A model generated the notes under the pieces. The model saw only the letters and a program-made list of their open reading frames with translations, had not been told where the DNA came from and ran no database searches. Shown here piece after piece: positions 20,994-31,340 of a DNA stretch of 46,152 nucleotides (position 1 is its first letter; each line of letters opens with the position of its first letter). The stretch spans positions 1-46,152 of the forward strand of contig JAVWCU010000003.1 in the NCBI GenBank assembly GCA_036648855.1, given 5' to 3'. The position numbers and the translations under genes are program-made. Source of the stretch: Bacilli bacterium (GTDB lineage: Bacteria; Bacillota_I; Bacilli_A; RF39; UBA660).

Positions 20994-21533
20994 ATGAGTC
21001 GTATCGGTAATAGAAAGATTGTAATACCAGAAGGTGTTACAGTGGAAGAAAAAGATGGAATTGTTACTGTTAAAGGACCAAAAGGAGAATTAACTACTTT
21101 TTTAGGTAACCGTGGTATTACAGTAGAAATTTCTGATAATGAAATTACTGTAAAAAGAAGTAACGAAGAAATCAAAACTAAAGCAATGCATGGTACAGTT
21201 AATTCTAATATATCAAACTTGATTGAAGGAGTAACTAAAGGATATGAGAAAGCCTTAGAAATTATTGGTGTAGGTTACCGTTTTACATTAAAGGGTAACA
21301 TCCTAGTAGTTAGTGCTGGATATTCTCATTTAATTAATATGGAAATTCCAACTGATTTAAGTGTTGAAGCAATTAGTAATACAGAAATTATTATTAAAGG
21401 AATTGACAAAATTAAAGTTGGTGAATTTGCTGCTAATGTAAGAAAAATTAGACAACCAGAACCTTACAAAGGAAAAGGAATTCGTTATAAAGATGAACAA
21501 GTTCGTCGTAAAGAAGGAAAGAAAGCTGCTTAG
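20994..21533 (+). CDS. rplF: 50S ribosomal protein L6
   Basis: 179 aa with MSRIGNRKIVIPEGV and PEPYKGKGIRY. Confidence 0.96.
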   Translation: MSRIGNRKIVIPEGVTVEEKDGIVTVKGPKGELTTFLGNRGITVEISDNEITVKRSNEEIKTKAMHGTVNSNISNLIEGVTKGYEKALEIIGVGYRFTLKGNILVVSAGYSHLINMEIPTDLSVEAISNTEIIIKGIDKIKVGEFAANVRKIRQPEPYKGKGIRYKDEQVRRKEGKKAA

Positions 21534-21566
21534 TACAGTGAATAAGTAGAAGGGAGAAGTTTACTT

Positions 21567-21923
21567 ATGATTAAAAAAGTATCTCGTAATGAAATGCGAA
21601 CCGTTAGACATGCTCGTGTTAGAGCAACCATTTCTGGAACTGCTGAGTTACCAAGATTGGATGTCTTTAGGTCAAATAAAAACATCAGTGTGCAGTTAAT
21701 AGACGATGAAACAGGAACTACATTAGCTAGTGCATCTTCAACAGTATTGAAACTAGAAAACGGTGGAAATATTGAAGCTGCTACTAAAGTAGGAGAAGCT
21801 ATCGCTTTAGAAGCACAAAAAATAGGTATTAAAAAAGTTGTCTTTGATAGAGGTGGATATCTTTATCACGGACGTGTAGCAGCATTAGCTGAGGCTGCAC
21901 GAAACAAAGGATTAGAATTCTAA
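21567..21923 (+). CDS. rplR: 50S ribosomal protein L18
   Basis: 118 aa with [18 protein letters not shown] and [12 protein letters not shown]. Confidence 0.96.
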   Translation: MIKKVSRNEMRTVRHARVRATISGTAELPRLDVFRSNKNISVQLIDDETGTTLASASSTVLKLENGGNIEAATKVGEAIALEAQKIGIKKVVFDRGGYLYHGRVAALAEAARNKGLEF

Positions 21924-21936
21924 TAGGAGGGTATTT

Positions 21937-22452
21937 ATGCAAAATAGTAACAGGGACCCAAGAAGACAAGAAAAAACATTAGAAGAATTAGTCGTTGAAA
22001 TCAAAAGCGTTGTTAAAGTTAACAAAGGCGGACGTCAACGGAGATTTTCTGCTACTGTAGTTGTAGGGGACAGAAAAGGTCAAGTTGGATTAGGTATTGG
22101 TAAAGCTAACGAAGTACCTGATGCCATCAAAAAAGCTATTCAAGCTGCAAATAAGAATCTAGTAAGAATACCTCTAGTAGAAGGAAGAACTATCGCTCAT
22201 GAAGCAATGGGAATTAGTGGAGCTGCTAAAGTTATGCTAAAACCTGCTGTTGAAGGATCTGGAGTAATTGCCGGAGGAGCTGTTCGTTCTGTACTAGAAC
22301 TTGCTGGAGTCCGTGACATTCTTTCTAAATCACTTGGTTCTAGAACTAAACTAAATATGGCTACCGCTACAATCAATGCATTAATGTCTACCAAGACAGT
22401 AGAGCAAGTTGCTAAATTAAGAGGCAAAACAGTAGAGGAGATTTTAGGATAA
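21937..22452 (+). CDS. rpsE: 30S ribosomal protein S5
   Basis: 171 aa with [15 protein letters not shown] and [13 protein letters not shown]. Confidence 0.96.
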   Translation: MQNSNRDPRRQEKTLEELVVEIKSVVKVNKGGRQRRFSATVVVGDRKGQVGLGIGKANEVPDAIKKAIQAANKNLVRIPLVEGRTIAHEAMGISGAAKVMLKPAVEGSGVIAGGAVRSVLELAGVRDILSKSLGSRTKLNMATATINALMSTKTVEQVAKLRGKTVEEILG

Positions 22453-22895
22453 TGAAATTACATGAATTAAAGAAGAATGAAGGAGCAACGTTTGCTAAGA
22501 AAAGAGTTGGACGTGGTTCTGGATCAGGTTTAGGAAAAACAAGTGGAAAAGGTCACAAAGGTCAAAATGCTCGTAGTGGGGGCGGAGTTAATCCTATTTT
22601 TGAAGGTGGACAATTACCATTATATAGACGTTTACCAAAAAGAGGATTTTCAAACCATGAATTTAAAATTACATATGCAGTAATCAATTTAGATGATTTA
22701 AATCAATTTGATGAAGGTACTGTAATTACTCCAACTCTATTAAAAGAGACTGGCTTAGTTAAAAACCAATTATGTGGAATTAAAGTGCTTGGGGATGGAG
22801 AACTTACTAAAAAAGTAACTATTCAAGCATCAAGATTCTCAAGTAGTGCACTAGAAAAAATAGAAAAGATAGGTAGCAAAGCTGAGGTGATCTAA
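22452..22895 (+). CDS. rplO: 50S ribosomal protein L15
   Basis: 147 aa with MKLHELK and [19 protein letters not shown]. The start overlaps the rpsE stop, so there is no room for rpmD. Confidence 0.96.
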   Translation: MKLHELKKNEGATFAKKRVGRGSGSGLGKTSGKGHKGQNARSGGGVNPIFEGGQLPLYRRLPKRGFSNHEFKITYAVINLDDLNQFDEGTVITPTLLKETGLVKNQLCGIKVLGDGELTKKVTIQASRFSSSALEKIEKIGSKAEVI

Positions 22896-22896
22896 G

Positions 22897-24180
22897 ATGT
22901 TTCAAACAATGAAACAAATATTTGCCCCAACTAATAAGGATTTAAGAAATAGAATATTCTTTACGTTGGGAGCCCTTATGGTCTTTATTATTGGAACAAC
23001 AATTCGTGTTCCAGGAACAGCCGATATCACAGGGAATCTTGGATTCCTAGAATTAATCAATGCTATGGGAGGCGGAGCTTTAAAGCAATTTTCAATATTT
23101 GCTCTAGGAGTAATGCCATATATTACAGCAACTATTATTATGCAGTTACTACAGATGGATATAATTCCATACTTTAGTGAACTAGCAAAACAAGGACCAG
23201 TTGGTAGACAAAAAATAAATCAATATAGTAGATATATGGGTATAGCATTTGCCTTTGTAGAGGGATTTGCCTTTGCTTTTGCCTTTATGGGTAAATCAGC
23301 AGGAGCCTTTGATTATTTATATGTTGCAACCATTTTAACAGCAGGTACAGCCTTTACACTTTGGTTAGGTGATCAAATCACTCAAAAAGGTATTGGTAAT
23401 GGTATCTCTCTAATTATTATGGCAGGAATTATTTCTACATTACCAACTATGTTTATTACAGCATTTAATGGTTTAGTTCTAAATACTAGTATTAATAGTA
23501 TTTTAGGAATAGTTTTATTTGTAGTATTTGCTATTGTTTATTTCTTAATCATTATAGGAGTTATTTGGGTACAAGAGGCAGATCGTAAGATCCCTGTTCA
23601 GTATGCTAATAAATCTACTAGTGCTTATGGAGGACAACAATCTTTCATGCCAATCAAAATAAATTCAGCAGGAGTAGTACCAGTAATATTTGCCTCAACT
23701 TTCTTATCAATTCCAGCTGCGATAGCACAGTTTATCAATAATCCTGGATTTAAGACGTTTGTTGAGAATTATTTATCATATACAACTCCAGTTGGTTTCA
23801 CTATTTATGTAGTGTTAATATTCTTCTTTGGATATTTTTACACATTCATACAAATGAAACCTGATGAATTATCTAAAAACTTATCTGATAATGGTGGTTA
23901 TATTCCCGGTATTAGACCAGGGAAGGATACTGAAACATATGTTAGCAAGGTATTATCTAGATTAACTGTAGTTGGTTCAATCTTCTTAATTATCATTGCA
24001 GGTCTGCCTATTATTTTTAGTACTCTTGTTAACCTTATTCCAGGTGTTAGCTTGTCAGCAAGTGTTACAATTGGAGGAACAGGACTATTAATTGTTGTAG
24101 GAGTTGCCTTAGAAACATATAAACAATTAGAAGGAAGTTTAGTTACTAGAAGTTATAAAAAAGGTTATAGTAGAAGATAA
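22897..24180 (+). CDS. secY: Preprotein translocase subunit SecY
   Basis: 427 aa with 10 hydrophobic segments, GIMPYI-type motif (GVMPYITATIIMQLL) and GNGISLIIMAGI. Confidence 0.96.
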   Translation: MFQTMKQIFAPTNKDLRNRIFFTLGALMVFIIGTTIRVPGTADITGNLGFLELINAMGGGALKQFSIFALGVMPYITATIIMQLLQMDIIPYFSELAKQGPVGRQKINQYSRYMGIAFAFVEGFAFAFAFMGKSAGAFDYLYVATILTAGTAFTLWLGDQITQKGIGNGISLIIMAGIISTLPTMFITAFNGLVLNTSINSILGIVLFVVFAIVYFLIIIGVIWVQEADRKIPVQYANKSTSAYGGQQSFMPIKINSAGVVPVIFASTFLSIPAAIAQFINNPGFKTFVENYLSYTTPVGFTIYVVLIFFFGYFYTFIQMKPDELSKNLSDNGGYIPGIRPGKDTETYVSKVLSRLTVVGSIFLIIIAGLPIIFSTLVNLIPGVSLSASVTIGGTGLLIVVGVALETYKQLEGSLVTRSYKKGYSRR

Positions 24181-24836
24181 TGAATATTATTTTATTAGCG
24201 CCCCCTGCTGCAGGGAAAGGAACTCAAGCTAAACTTTTATCAGATCATTATCAATTACCTCATATTTCTACAGGTGACATGTTAAGAGATGCCACAAGAA
24301 GAAATGATGAGTTAGGAAGTAAAATTAAAGAACTTATGGCAAAAGGAGAATTTGTAAGCGATGAACTAATAGGTAAAATAGTAGAGAATCGTTTATCTTC
24401 TCTAGACTGTCAAAAGGGATATATACTAGATGGCTTTCCTAGAAATATGAAACAAGTTATCTTGTATAAAAAAATATTAGAAAAATTAAATTTAGATTTA
24501 GGCTATGTACTTTATCTTGATGTAGATGAGCATACGCTTGAAGAAAGAATTACAGGAAGAATGGTATGTAAAAACTGTGAAGCTATTTATAATATCAATA
24601 ATCCTATCTTAACTCCTATCGAAGAAGGTATCTGTGACAAATGTCATGGAGAACTTTTTAGGAGAAGTGATGATACCCGTGAGGCTTTTCAAATGCGTTA
24701 TCAAATATATTTAGAACTTACTAAACCTATAATTGATTATTATAATGAACTTGGAGTTCTTTATAAAATTGATTTTGGTAGTAAAGAAGCTACATTTAAC
24801 CAAATTAAATTAATTTTAGATCGTGAGATGAATTAA
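24180..24836 (+). CDS. adk: Adenylate kinase (Cys4 zinc lid)
   Basis: P-loop APPAAGKGTQ. The lid has CKNC...CDKC. Confidence 0.96.
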   Translation: MNIILLAPPAAGKGTQAKLLSDHYQLPHISTGDMLRDATRRNDELGSKIKELMAKGEFVSDELIGKIVENRLSSLDCQKGYILDGFPRNMKQVILYKKILEKLNLDLGYVLYLDVDEHTLEERITGRMVCKNCEAIYNINNPILTPIEEGICDKCHGELFRRSDDTREAFQMRYQIYLELTKPIIDYYNELGVLYKIDFGSKEATFNQIKLILDREMN

Positions 24837-25583
24837 TTGATTACTATTAAAAGTCAAAGAGAAATTGATCTTATGAAAGTGGCTGGTAACATTGTTTATC
24901 AGACACACCAATACCTAAAACCATTTTTAACTCCAGGCATTACGACTAAAGAACTTGATACCTTAGCGGAAGAGTTCATATTAGCCCATGATGCTACTCC
25001 ATCTTTTAAGAATTACAATGGTTTTCCTGCTACTATTTGTACTAGTATAAATAATCAGGTTGTCCATGGTATTCCAGGAAAGATAAAAATAAAAAATGGT
25101 GATATTATTTCAATTGATATTGGGGCCTGTTATAAAGGTTATCATGGGGATTCTGCTTGGACATATGCTGTAGGTGAAATTAGTACTGATAAAAAGTATT
25201 TGATGGAACATACTGAAAAATCCTTATTTAAGGGTTTGGAACAAGTTAAACCAGGTAATAGAATAGGCGATATAGCTCACGCAGTTGAAACATACGCTCA
25301 CAGCAAGCACTTAAGTGTGGTTGAAGAATTAGTTGGTCATGGAATTGGAACTAATGTCCATGAAGCTCCAGATGTTCCTAATTATGGAATTCCTGGAACA
25401 GGACCTATTTTAAAAGAGGGTATGGTTATTGCAGTTGAACCAATGTTAAATCTTGGGACAAAAGATATATATATGCTTGATGATGATTGGACTATAGAAA
25501 CAGATGATGGGAAACCGTCAGCTCATTTCGAACATACAGTAGCGGTTACCAAAGATGGATACCAAATTTTGACGGGAGAGTGA
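24837..25583 (+). CDS. map: Methionine aminopeptidase type I
   Basis: 248 aa with a TTG start directly after the adk stop. Metal ligands lie in [16 protein letters not shown] and EPM. Confidence 0.95.
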   Translation: MITIKSQREIDLMKVAGNIVYQTHQYLKPFLTPGITTKELDTLAEEFILAHDATPSFKNYNGFPATICTSINNQVVHGIPGKIKIKNGDIISIDIGACYKGYHGDSAWTYAVGEISTDKKYLMEHTEKSLFKGLEQVKPGNRIGDIAHAVETYAHSKHLSVVEELVGHGIGTNVHEAPDVPNYGIPGTGPILKEGMVIAVEPMLNLGTKDIYMLDDDWTIETDDGKPSAHFEHTVAVTKDGYQILTGE

Positions 25584-25587
25584 AAAG

Positions 25588-25806
25588 ATGGCAAAAGATG
25601 ATACAATCGAAATAGAAGGTAAAGTTCTTGAAATATTACCAGGTGGTAAATTTAATGTAGAACTTGAGAATAAACACGTGATAGAAGCTCACGTTTCTGG
25701 TAAAATCCGAATGAATTACATTCGCATTCTACCAGGTGATACAGTAACAATAGAGTTATCCCCTTATGATTTAACAAAGGGTAGAATAACTTATAGGAAA
25801 AGCTAG
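25588..25806 (+). CDS. infA: Translation initiation factor IF-1
   Basis: 72 aa with a canonical S1-fold IF-1 sequence ([14 protein letters not shown]). Confidence 0.97.
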   Translation: MAKDDTIEIEGKVLEILPGGKFNVELENKHVIEAHVSGKIRMNYIRILPGDTVTIELSPYDLTKGRITYRKS

Positions 25807-25817
25807 GAGGAAGAGTT

Positions 25818-25931
25818 ATGAAAATTAAACCATCAGTAAAACCAATTTGTGCAAAATGTAAAGTAATTAAGCGTAAGGGAAGAGTAATGGTTATTTGCTC
25901 TAATCCAAAACACAAACAAAGACAAGGATAA
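25818..25931 (+). CDS. rpmJ: 50S ribosomal protein L36 (zinc form)
   Basis: Not in the ORF track. My own translation is [37 protein letters not shown] (37 aa). GGAGG RBS. Has the CxxC...C...H pattern. Confidence 0.93.
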   Translation: MKIKPSVKPICAKCKVIKRKGRVMVICSNPKHKQRQG

Positions 25932-25947
25932 TAGGAGGTGTACTTAA

Positions 25948-26313
25948 ATGGCACGTATTAAAGGTATAGATATTCCAAATGATAAACAAGTTGAAATAGC
26001 TTTAACTTATATTTACGGAATAGGCAGACAATTATCAAAACAGATTTTAACAAAAGCAAATGTTGATCCAGCAAAAAAAGTAAGTGATTTAGATAATGAT
26101 GAGTTAACTAGAATTCGTGATGAAGTTACTTCTCATACTGTAGAAGGTGAGTTACGTCGTGATATTTCTATGAATATTAAAACTAAAATGGAAATTAATT
26201 CATATGAAGGAACTCGTCATAAAAAAGGCTTACCAGTAAGAGGTCAAAGAACAAGCAGGAATGCTCGTACTCGTAAGGGTAAAGGTAGAACTGTCGCTAA
26301 TAAGAAAAAATAA
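25948..26313 (+). CDS. rpsM: 30S ribosomal protein S13
   Basis: 121 aa with [10 protein letters not shown] and YIYGIG. Confidence 0.97.
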   Translation: MARIKGIDIPNDKQVEIALTYIYGIGRQLSKQILTKANVDPAKKVSDLDNDELTRIRDEVTSHTVEGELRRDISMNIKTKMEINSYEGTRHKKGLPVRGQRTSRNARTRKGKGRTVANKKK

Positions 26314-26346
26314 GTAAAGTAATAGTTGAAAAAAGGAGGTCAAATC

Positions 26347-26730
26347 ATGGCTTACAAGTCTAGAAAAAGAAAAGTTAAAAAGAATGTTCCAGAAGGAATG
26401 GCACATATCCATTCTACATTTAATAATACGATTACAACCATTTCTGATAAAGAAGGTAATGCAATAAGTTGGGCATCAAGTGGAGCATTAGGATTTAAAG
26501 GAAGTAAAAAATCTACGCCATTTGCAGCAGGTATTGCAGCAGAAGCAGCAGGTAAAGCAGCATATGATTTAGGCATGAGAAAAGTAGATGTATTAGTAAG
26601 AGGATTAGGTCCAGGACGTGAAACAGCAATTCGTTCATTACAAACAGCAGGACTAGAAGTAACAGCAATTACAGATGTTACTCCAATTCCTCATAACGGA
26701 TGTCGTCCACCAAAACGGCCACGTGGCTAA
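26347..26730 (+). CDS. rpsK: 30S ribosomal protein S11
   Basis: I chose the ATG at 26347 after AAGGAGG. Has [10 protein letters not shown] and the C-terminus [12 protein letters not shown]. Confidence 0.96.
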   Translation: MAYKSRKRKVKKNVPEGMAHIHSTFNNTITTISDKEGNAISWASSGALGFKGSKKSTPFAAGIAAEAAGKAAYDLGMRKVDVLVRGLGPGRETAIRSLQTAGLEVTAITDVTPIPHNGCRPPKRPRG

Positions 26731-26751
26731 TTATTAAAGGAGGAAAGTTTC

Positions 26752-27702
26752 ATGTTACAATTTGAAAAACCAATCTATAAAACAACAGAATATGTTGAAA
26801 ATAACTTTTATGGTAAATTTGAACTAGAACCATTAGAAAGAGGTTTTGGAACTACAATAGGTAATGCTTTAAGAAGAGTAATGTTATCATCTCTTCCAGG
26901 TAGTGCTATTAGTAGTATCAAAATAGAAGGTATTTCTCATGAGTTTCAGGCAATTGATGGTATTGTTGAAGATGCCTCATTAATTATTTTGAATTTAAAA
27001 GGTGTAGTTATAAAAAACCATTCAACTGAACCTAAGACAATTCATCTTAGTGTAAAAAAAGAAGGAATAGTAACTGCTGCTGACATAGAACATGATACAG
27101 ATATTGAAATTATGAATCCTGATAAAGTCATTGCAACTATTTCAAAAGGTGGAAGCCTAATTGTTGAAATGAATGTTTCAAATGGCCGAGGATATGTAAG
27201 AAGTGAAGAAAATAAAAAACTACTTGATAATAAGAAAGTAGGGACTATAGCAATAGATTCTCTATACTCTCCAATTGAGAGAGTATCTTATGAAGTAGAA
27301 CCTACTCGTGTTGGACAAGATGAAAATTTTGATCGCTTAATTTTAAATGTTTGGACAAATGGTTCTATGAAACCAGAAGAGGCTATTGCACTAGCATCAC
27401 GTATTTTGATAGAGCATTTTGATCTACTTACAGATTTAAGTAATATTGCTAATATGAGTGGATTAATGATTGAAAAGACGGAAGATCCAAAAGTAAAAGC
27501 ATTAGAGACGACAATTGAGGATTTAGATTTCTCAGTACGTGCTTATAACTGCTTAAAAAGAGCTAGTATTCATACACTACAAGATTTAGTAAATAAATCA
27601 GAAACCGATATGATGAAAATCCGTAATTTAGGAAAAAAATCTTTAAAAGAAGTATTAGATAAAGTTAGAGATTTAGGACTAGTATTACGAGATGATGACT
27701 AA
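26752..27702 (+). CDS. rpoA: DNA-directed RNA polymerase subunit alpha
   Basis: 316 aa with GNALRRVMLSSLPG and, in the C-terminal domain, LDFSVRAYNCLKRA. Confidence 0.96.
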   Translation: MLQFEKPIYKTTEYVENNFYGKFELEPLERGFGTTIGNALRRVMLSSLPGSAISSIKIEGISHEFQAIDGIVEDASLIILNLKGVVIKNHSTEPKTIHLSVKKEGIVTAADIEHDTDIEIMNPDKVIATISKGGSLIVEMNVSNGRGYVRSEENKKLLDNKKVGTIAIDSLYSPIERVSYEVEPTRVGQDENFDRLILNVWTNGSMKPEEAIALASRILIEHFDLLTDLSNIANMSGLMIEKTEDPKVKALETTIEDLDFSVRAYNCLKRASIHTLQDLVNKSETDMMKIRNLGKKSLKEVLDKVRDLGLVLRDDD

Positions 27703-27720
27703 TAGTAAGGAGGAATAAAC

Positions 27721-28062
27721 ATGGCATACAGAAAATTAGGCCGCGTAAGTAAACATAGAAAATCAATGTTAGCTAATTTGACAATGGATTTAATTATGCA
27801 TGAAAGCATAGTAACTACAGAAACTCGTGCTAAAGAAGTTCGCAAATTTGCAGATAAGATGATTACTTATGGTAAAAAGGGAGACTTAATCTCTCGTAGA
27901 AAGGCAATTGCTTTTTTACATAATAATGATACTATTGCAAAAAAAGTTTTTGAAGATTTAGCTGTTAGATATCAAGATCGTAATGGTGGATATACAAGAA
28001 TTTTAAAAATGGATGAGCGTCGAGGCGATGATGCCTTAATGGTTACCATAAAATTAGTATAA
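27721..28062 (+). CDS. rplQ: 50S ribosomal protein L17
   Basis: 113 aa with MAYRKLGR and NGGYTRILK. Confidence 0.96.
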   Translation: MAYRKLGRVSKHRKSMLANLTMDLIMHESIVTTETRAKEVRKFADKMITYGKKGDLISRRKAIAFLHNNDTIAKKVFEDLAVRYQDRNGGYTRILKMDERRGDDALMVTIKLV

Positions 28063-28101
28063 TAATTTATATATTGAATAATATATTATAAATAAGAGAA
28101 T

Positions 28102-28176
28102 GACTTGCCCCACTACCCATTTTGTGGGTGTTACTGATGAAATGTTTTATCATGTAGAGTGGGACAGTCTTTTTTG
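28102..28176 (+). terminator. Branched (nested-hairpin) terminator-like structure after rplQ
   Basis: Outer helix GACT..CCCACT (28102-28114) pairs with AGTGGG..AGTC (28158-28169). It encloses the hairpin ACCCA/TGGGT and a second AT-rich hairpin, followed by TTTTTT. Confidence 0.6.
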
Positions 28177-28219
28177 TGTATTATACTATAATTTTTTATA
28201 AATAAAGGAGTATTGTATC

Positions 28220-29098
28220 ATGTCATTAGATGGAATCATACTACAAAGAGAGTTAGATGCATTGACTGGGAGTTTATTAGAAGAGGTAACAGCTGAATTT
28301 TTAACATTTAAAATGTTTGAAGAAGCATACCTAATTTCAGAAGACATATCATTTTGTTCTAAAATAGCCTTATCTAAGGCTACAGAAGACCCTGTTGGCT
28401 TATTAATTAGTAATTATGAGACCTGGGTAGATGAAGAATTAAAAGCCTGGTATAAAAATCCTTCTAATAGATATATAAAAGAATATCCAGAGTTACTCTT
28501 AAAATATAAATTAGTAGAACTATTAACTTTTTTAGATCAAGGAAGACAACTAGGTATAAAAACCGAGGCATATGGGCATACTAACTTGAGAAGAGTATTT
28601 GATAGAGCATATATCACTAAGTTAATGCTAGGTAGAGATCCAGTTTTATTGTTTGAAAGTCCTTTTTATCCAGACTCTGAGAATAGAAAGAATTATAAAG
28701 AGAGATTAGATAGTACTGAGTTTGAAATATTAGCTAGTTATATAGTTGATAAGTTTAACGATGATTGTTTAACAACCAGAACAGACGGAATGAAGTCTAT
28801 TTATGTAGCGGCAGATAAAGCTGTAGAGGCTAAAGAATTAATACATAAAGTAAGAACACTTTGTCTAGCTACTACTATAGAAAAAAATGATTGTCAATAT
28901 ATGAGCTTTAGAAATATAAAGATTAATGAAGATTTGCCTACAGCTTTCTTTAGACAATCTAGGGATTTATTTAAAAGAGGTATTTCTCATAATATTCATC
29001 AAAACAAAAGGGGAATTATATTAGTAATACCTAAAAATAGAAATAAGAATTCAGATAAAAGCAAATCTCCTAGAGAATTAGTTAAAAACTACAAGTAA
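28220..29098 (+). CDS. Hypothetical protein (292 aa, basic C-terminal tail)
   Basis: AAAGGAG RBS and a long ORF. I recognise no motif. Confidence 0.6.
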   Translation: MSLDGIILQRELDALTGSLLEEVTAEFLTFKMFEEAYLISEDISFCSKIALSKATEDPVGLLISNYETWVDEELKAWYKNPSNRYIKEYPELLLKYKLVELLTFLDQGRQLGIKTEAYGHTNLRRVFDRAYITKLMLGRDPVLLFESPFYPDSENRKNYKERLDSTEFEILASYIVDKFNDDCLTTRTDGMKSIYVAADKAVEAKELIHKVRTLCLATTIEKNDCQYMSFRNIKINEDLPTAFFRQSRDLFKRGISHNIHQNKRGIILVIPKNRNKNSDKSKSPRELVKNYK

Positions 29099-29172
29099 TT
29101 GGTATTAAGTTGTGATAAAAAACTAGATATAGTTTTTTTTCTTTGTTATAATAACATTAGGACGGTGATAGC

Positions 29173-29943
29173 ATGAAAGTATTAATTACTGGGGCATCCT
29201 CTGGTATAGGGCTTGATATGGCTAAATATTTAAGTAGTATGGGACATGAACTGATTTTAGTTGCTAGGGATAAAGATAGGCTTGAAGAAATTCAAAAAAG
29301 TTTAAAGACTAAAACTAAAATCATTATAATGGACTTAGCTATTGAAAGTAATGTTAAATCGCTATATGTCTTATGTAAGAATGACAATATTGATATGTTA
29401 ATAAATAATGCTGGTTTTGGTATCTGTGGCGAGTTTACAGAAACAGAAATTAATAGAGAATTAGAAATGATGGACTTAAACATGAAAGCTGTTTATATAT
29501 TAACTAAAATGTTTCTAACTCAAATGGAATCTCGAGGTGGAGGATACATTTTAAATGTAGCTTCATCAGCAGCTTTTACTCCTGGACCACTGATGGCTAT
29601 ATATTATGCTACTAAAGCCTATGTACTTCGCTTAACAGAAGCAATTTATTATGAATTAAAGAAAACTAAATCGAAAGTAGTAATATCTTGTTTGTGCCCT
29701 GGACCTGTTGCAACTAACTTTAATAAAGTAGCAAATGTTAGCTTTTCTATTAAACCATTAACTAGTGAATATGTGGCTAAATATGCTATAGATCAAATGC
29801 TATATAAACATAAGTTAGTTATTATACCGGGACTAAAGATGAAACTATTACATTTTTTAGAACACTTTGTATCAGATAAAACGCAGATGCATTTTGCATA
29901 TAAAATCCAACATAAAAAATTAAATAGCAGGATAGATAAGTAG
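29173..29943 (+). CDS. Short-chain dehydrogenase/reductase (SDR)
   Basis: TGASSGIG cofactor motif, NNAG, catalytic S...YYATK. Confidence 0.9.
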   Translation: MKVLITGASSGIGLDMAKYLSSMGHELILVARDKDRLEEIQKSLKTKTKIIIMDLAIESNVKSLYVLCKNDNIDMLINNAGFGICGEFTETEINRELEMMDLNMKAVYILTKMFLTQMESRGGGYILNVASSAAFTPGPLMAIYYATKAYVLRLTEAIYYELKKTKSKVVISCLCPGPVATNFNKVANVSFSIKPLTSEYVAKYAIDQMLYKHKLVIIPGLKMKLLHFLEHFVSDKTQMHFAYKIQHKKLNSRIDK

Positions 29944-30001
29944 TCCTACTAATATATTGTTGGCATATAATATTATACTATAATTAAAAATGGAGGCTTT
30001 G

Positions 30002-30448
30002 ATGATAGGTGATTTCAAATACATAATTATTCCAGTAGTAAGTGTTATTTTAACTCAAATAATAAAGTTTACTATTGAATCCGTTATTTCAAAAAAATTA
30101 AGATGGGCAAGATTATTTAATGGTAATGGGGGAATGCCCAGCTCCCATACAGCTTTTACTTTTTCTTTAGCTTTTGCCATAGGAATAGGAGAAGGGTTTA
30201 ATTCACCATTATTTGCAATGAATTTAATATTTGCTTGTATTGTAGGATACGATGCCATGGGGCTTAGAATGGAGAGTGGCCTACAAGCACAGGCCATTAA
30301 CCTCTTAACTGAGGAAATGATAGAGGATAACCCAAAACTCGGTGTAAAGCGCTTACAAGAGCAATTAGGGCATAAGCCTTTAGAAGTTATAATGGGTATA
30401 CTATTAGGGGGAGTAGTTGCTACTATAATGATGTTATTAATAGGATAA
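30002..30448 (+). CDS. Divergent PAP2 / DUF212 membrane protein
   Basis: GMPSSHTA motif and 4 hydrophobic segments. I prefer the ATG at 30002, 5 nt after GGAGG, over 29990. Confidence 0.75.
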   Translation: MIGDFKYIIIPVVSVILTQIIKFTIESVISKKLRWARLFNGNGGMPSSHTAFTFSLAFAIGIGEGFNSPLFAMNLIFACIVGYDAMGLRMESGLQAQAINLLTEEMIEDNPKLGVKRLQEQLGHKPLEVIMGILLGGVVATIMMLLIG

Positions 30449-30479
30449 GTATGTATTTCATACTTTTTTCTTTTTTTGT
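30447..30479 (+). terminator. Rho-independent terminator
   Basis: AAGTATG / CATACTT stem with loop TATTT, followed by TTTTTCTTTTTTT. Confidence 0.65.
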
Positions 30480-30508
30480 TTGAATTATAACCTCTCCTCT
30501 TGTATAAT
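30480..30508 (+). promoter_or_regulatory. Sigma-A promoter of the ecf-truA operon
   Basis: TTGAAT, 17 bp spacer, TATAAT. The 3' end of the spacer is TTG, giving a TGnTATAAT-type extended -10. Confidence 0.6.
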
Positions 30509-30536
30509 AGTAAGGAAATAAGGACAGGTGTATATA

Positions 30537-31340
30537 ATGAGAGATATAATTAGAATTAACCATTTAACCTTTAACTATAATAAAAGACCTGTTTTTATTG
30601 ATTTTAACTTATCTATAAAAGAAGGTAGCTATATTTCTATTTCAGGTGCCAATAAATGTGGCAAGACTACACTAATAAAGCTAATAGCAGGTATTTTACC
30701 TAATAATGGAAGTATAATTTTAAACTATAGCTATTTAGACACTAAAGATAATATTACTCCAGACTTAGGAATCGTTTTATCTAACATGAAAAACTCCTTC
30801 ATTACAAACAGTGTTTATAAAGAACTTTGTTTCACACTAGAAAATTTAAAATATCCGCCTGATTTAATAGAAAAACGAGTTGTAGAAGTTAGTAAGAAAC
30901 TAAAAATTGCTCATTTATTAGAATCTAAGATAGATGATCTAACAACTAGGGAAAAGCAAATATTATTAATTGCATGTGCTTTAATTCATAAACCTAAAAT
31001 TCTTCTTTTAGATAATCCTTTTTATCTATTAAATAAGGAAGATATTCTTTTATTTAAGAAACTTTTTTTGCAATTAAAGAACCGTGACCATGTCACTATT
31101 GTCTTTATGTCTAATAACCTAGAGGACACATTGGATTCAGATTATCTTTATATTTTAAATCAAGGTAAAATAGCTATTGAAGGAGAACCAATCTCAGTAA
31201 TGCAACAAGAAAAGCTATTAACTAAATTAGGATTAGAGTTACCATTTTTGGTAGACTTATCCCATAAACTGAAGTTTTATGGTTTAATAGACGATATTAT
31301 TATCGATATGGAAAGTATGGTGAATAAGTTATGGAAATAG
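30537..31340 (+). CDS. ecfA: ECF-transporter ATPase EcfA1-like, catalytic motifs degenerate
   Basis: Syntenic position (rplQ...ecfA-ecfA-ecfT-truA). Walker A GANKCGKTT is intact. The signature is LTTRE instead of LSGGQ, Walker B is LLLDNP (E to N) and the H-loop is MSNN (H to N). Confidence 0.75.
   Translation: MRDIIRINHLTFNYNKRPVFIDFNLSIKEGSYISISGANKCGKTTLIKLIAGILPNNGSIILNYSYLDTKDNITPDLGIVLSNMKNSFITNSVYKELCFTLENLKYPPDLIEKRVVEVSKKLKIAHLLESKIDDLTTREKQILLIACALIHKPKILLLDNPFYLLNKEDILLFKKLFLQLKNRDHVTIVFMSNNLEDTLDSDYLYILNQGKIAIEGEPISVMQQEKLLTKLGLELPFLVDLSHKLKFYGLIDDIIIDMESMVNKLWK

Noticed and set aside
28100-28201. A 33-codon ORF (MTCPTTHFVG...) running through the rplQ terminator structure.
   Set aside because: The purine-rich AAGAGA abuts the ATG with no spacing. 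The sequence is better explained by RNA structure.
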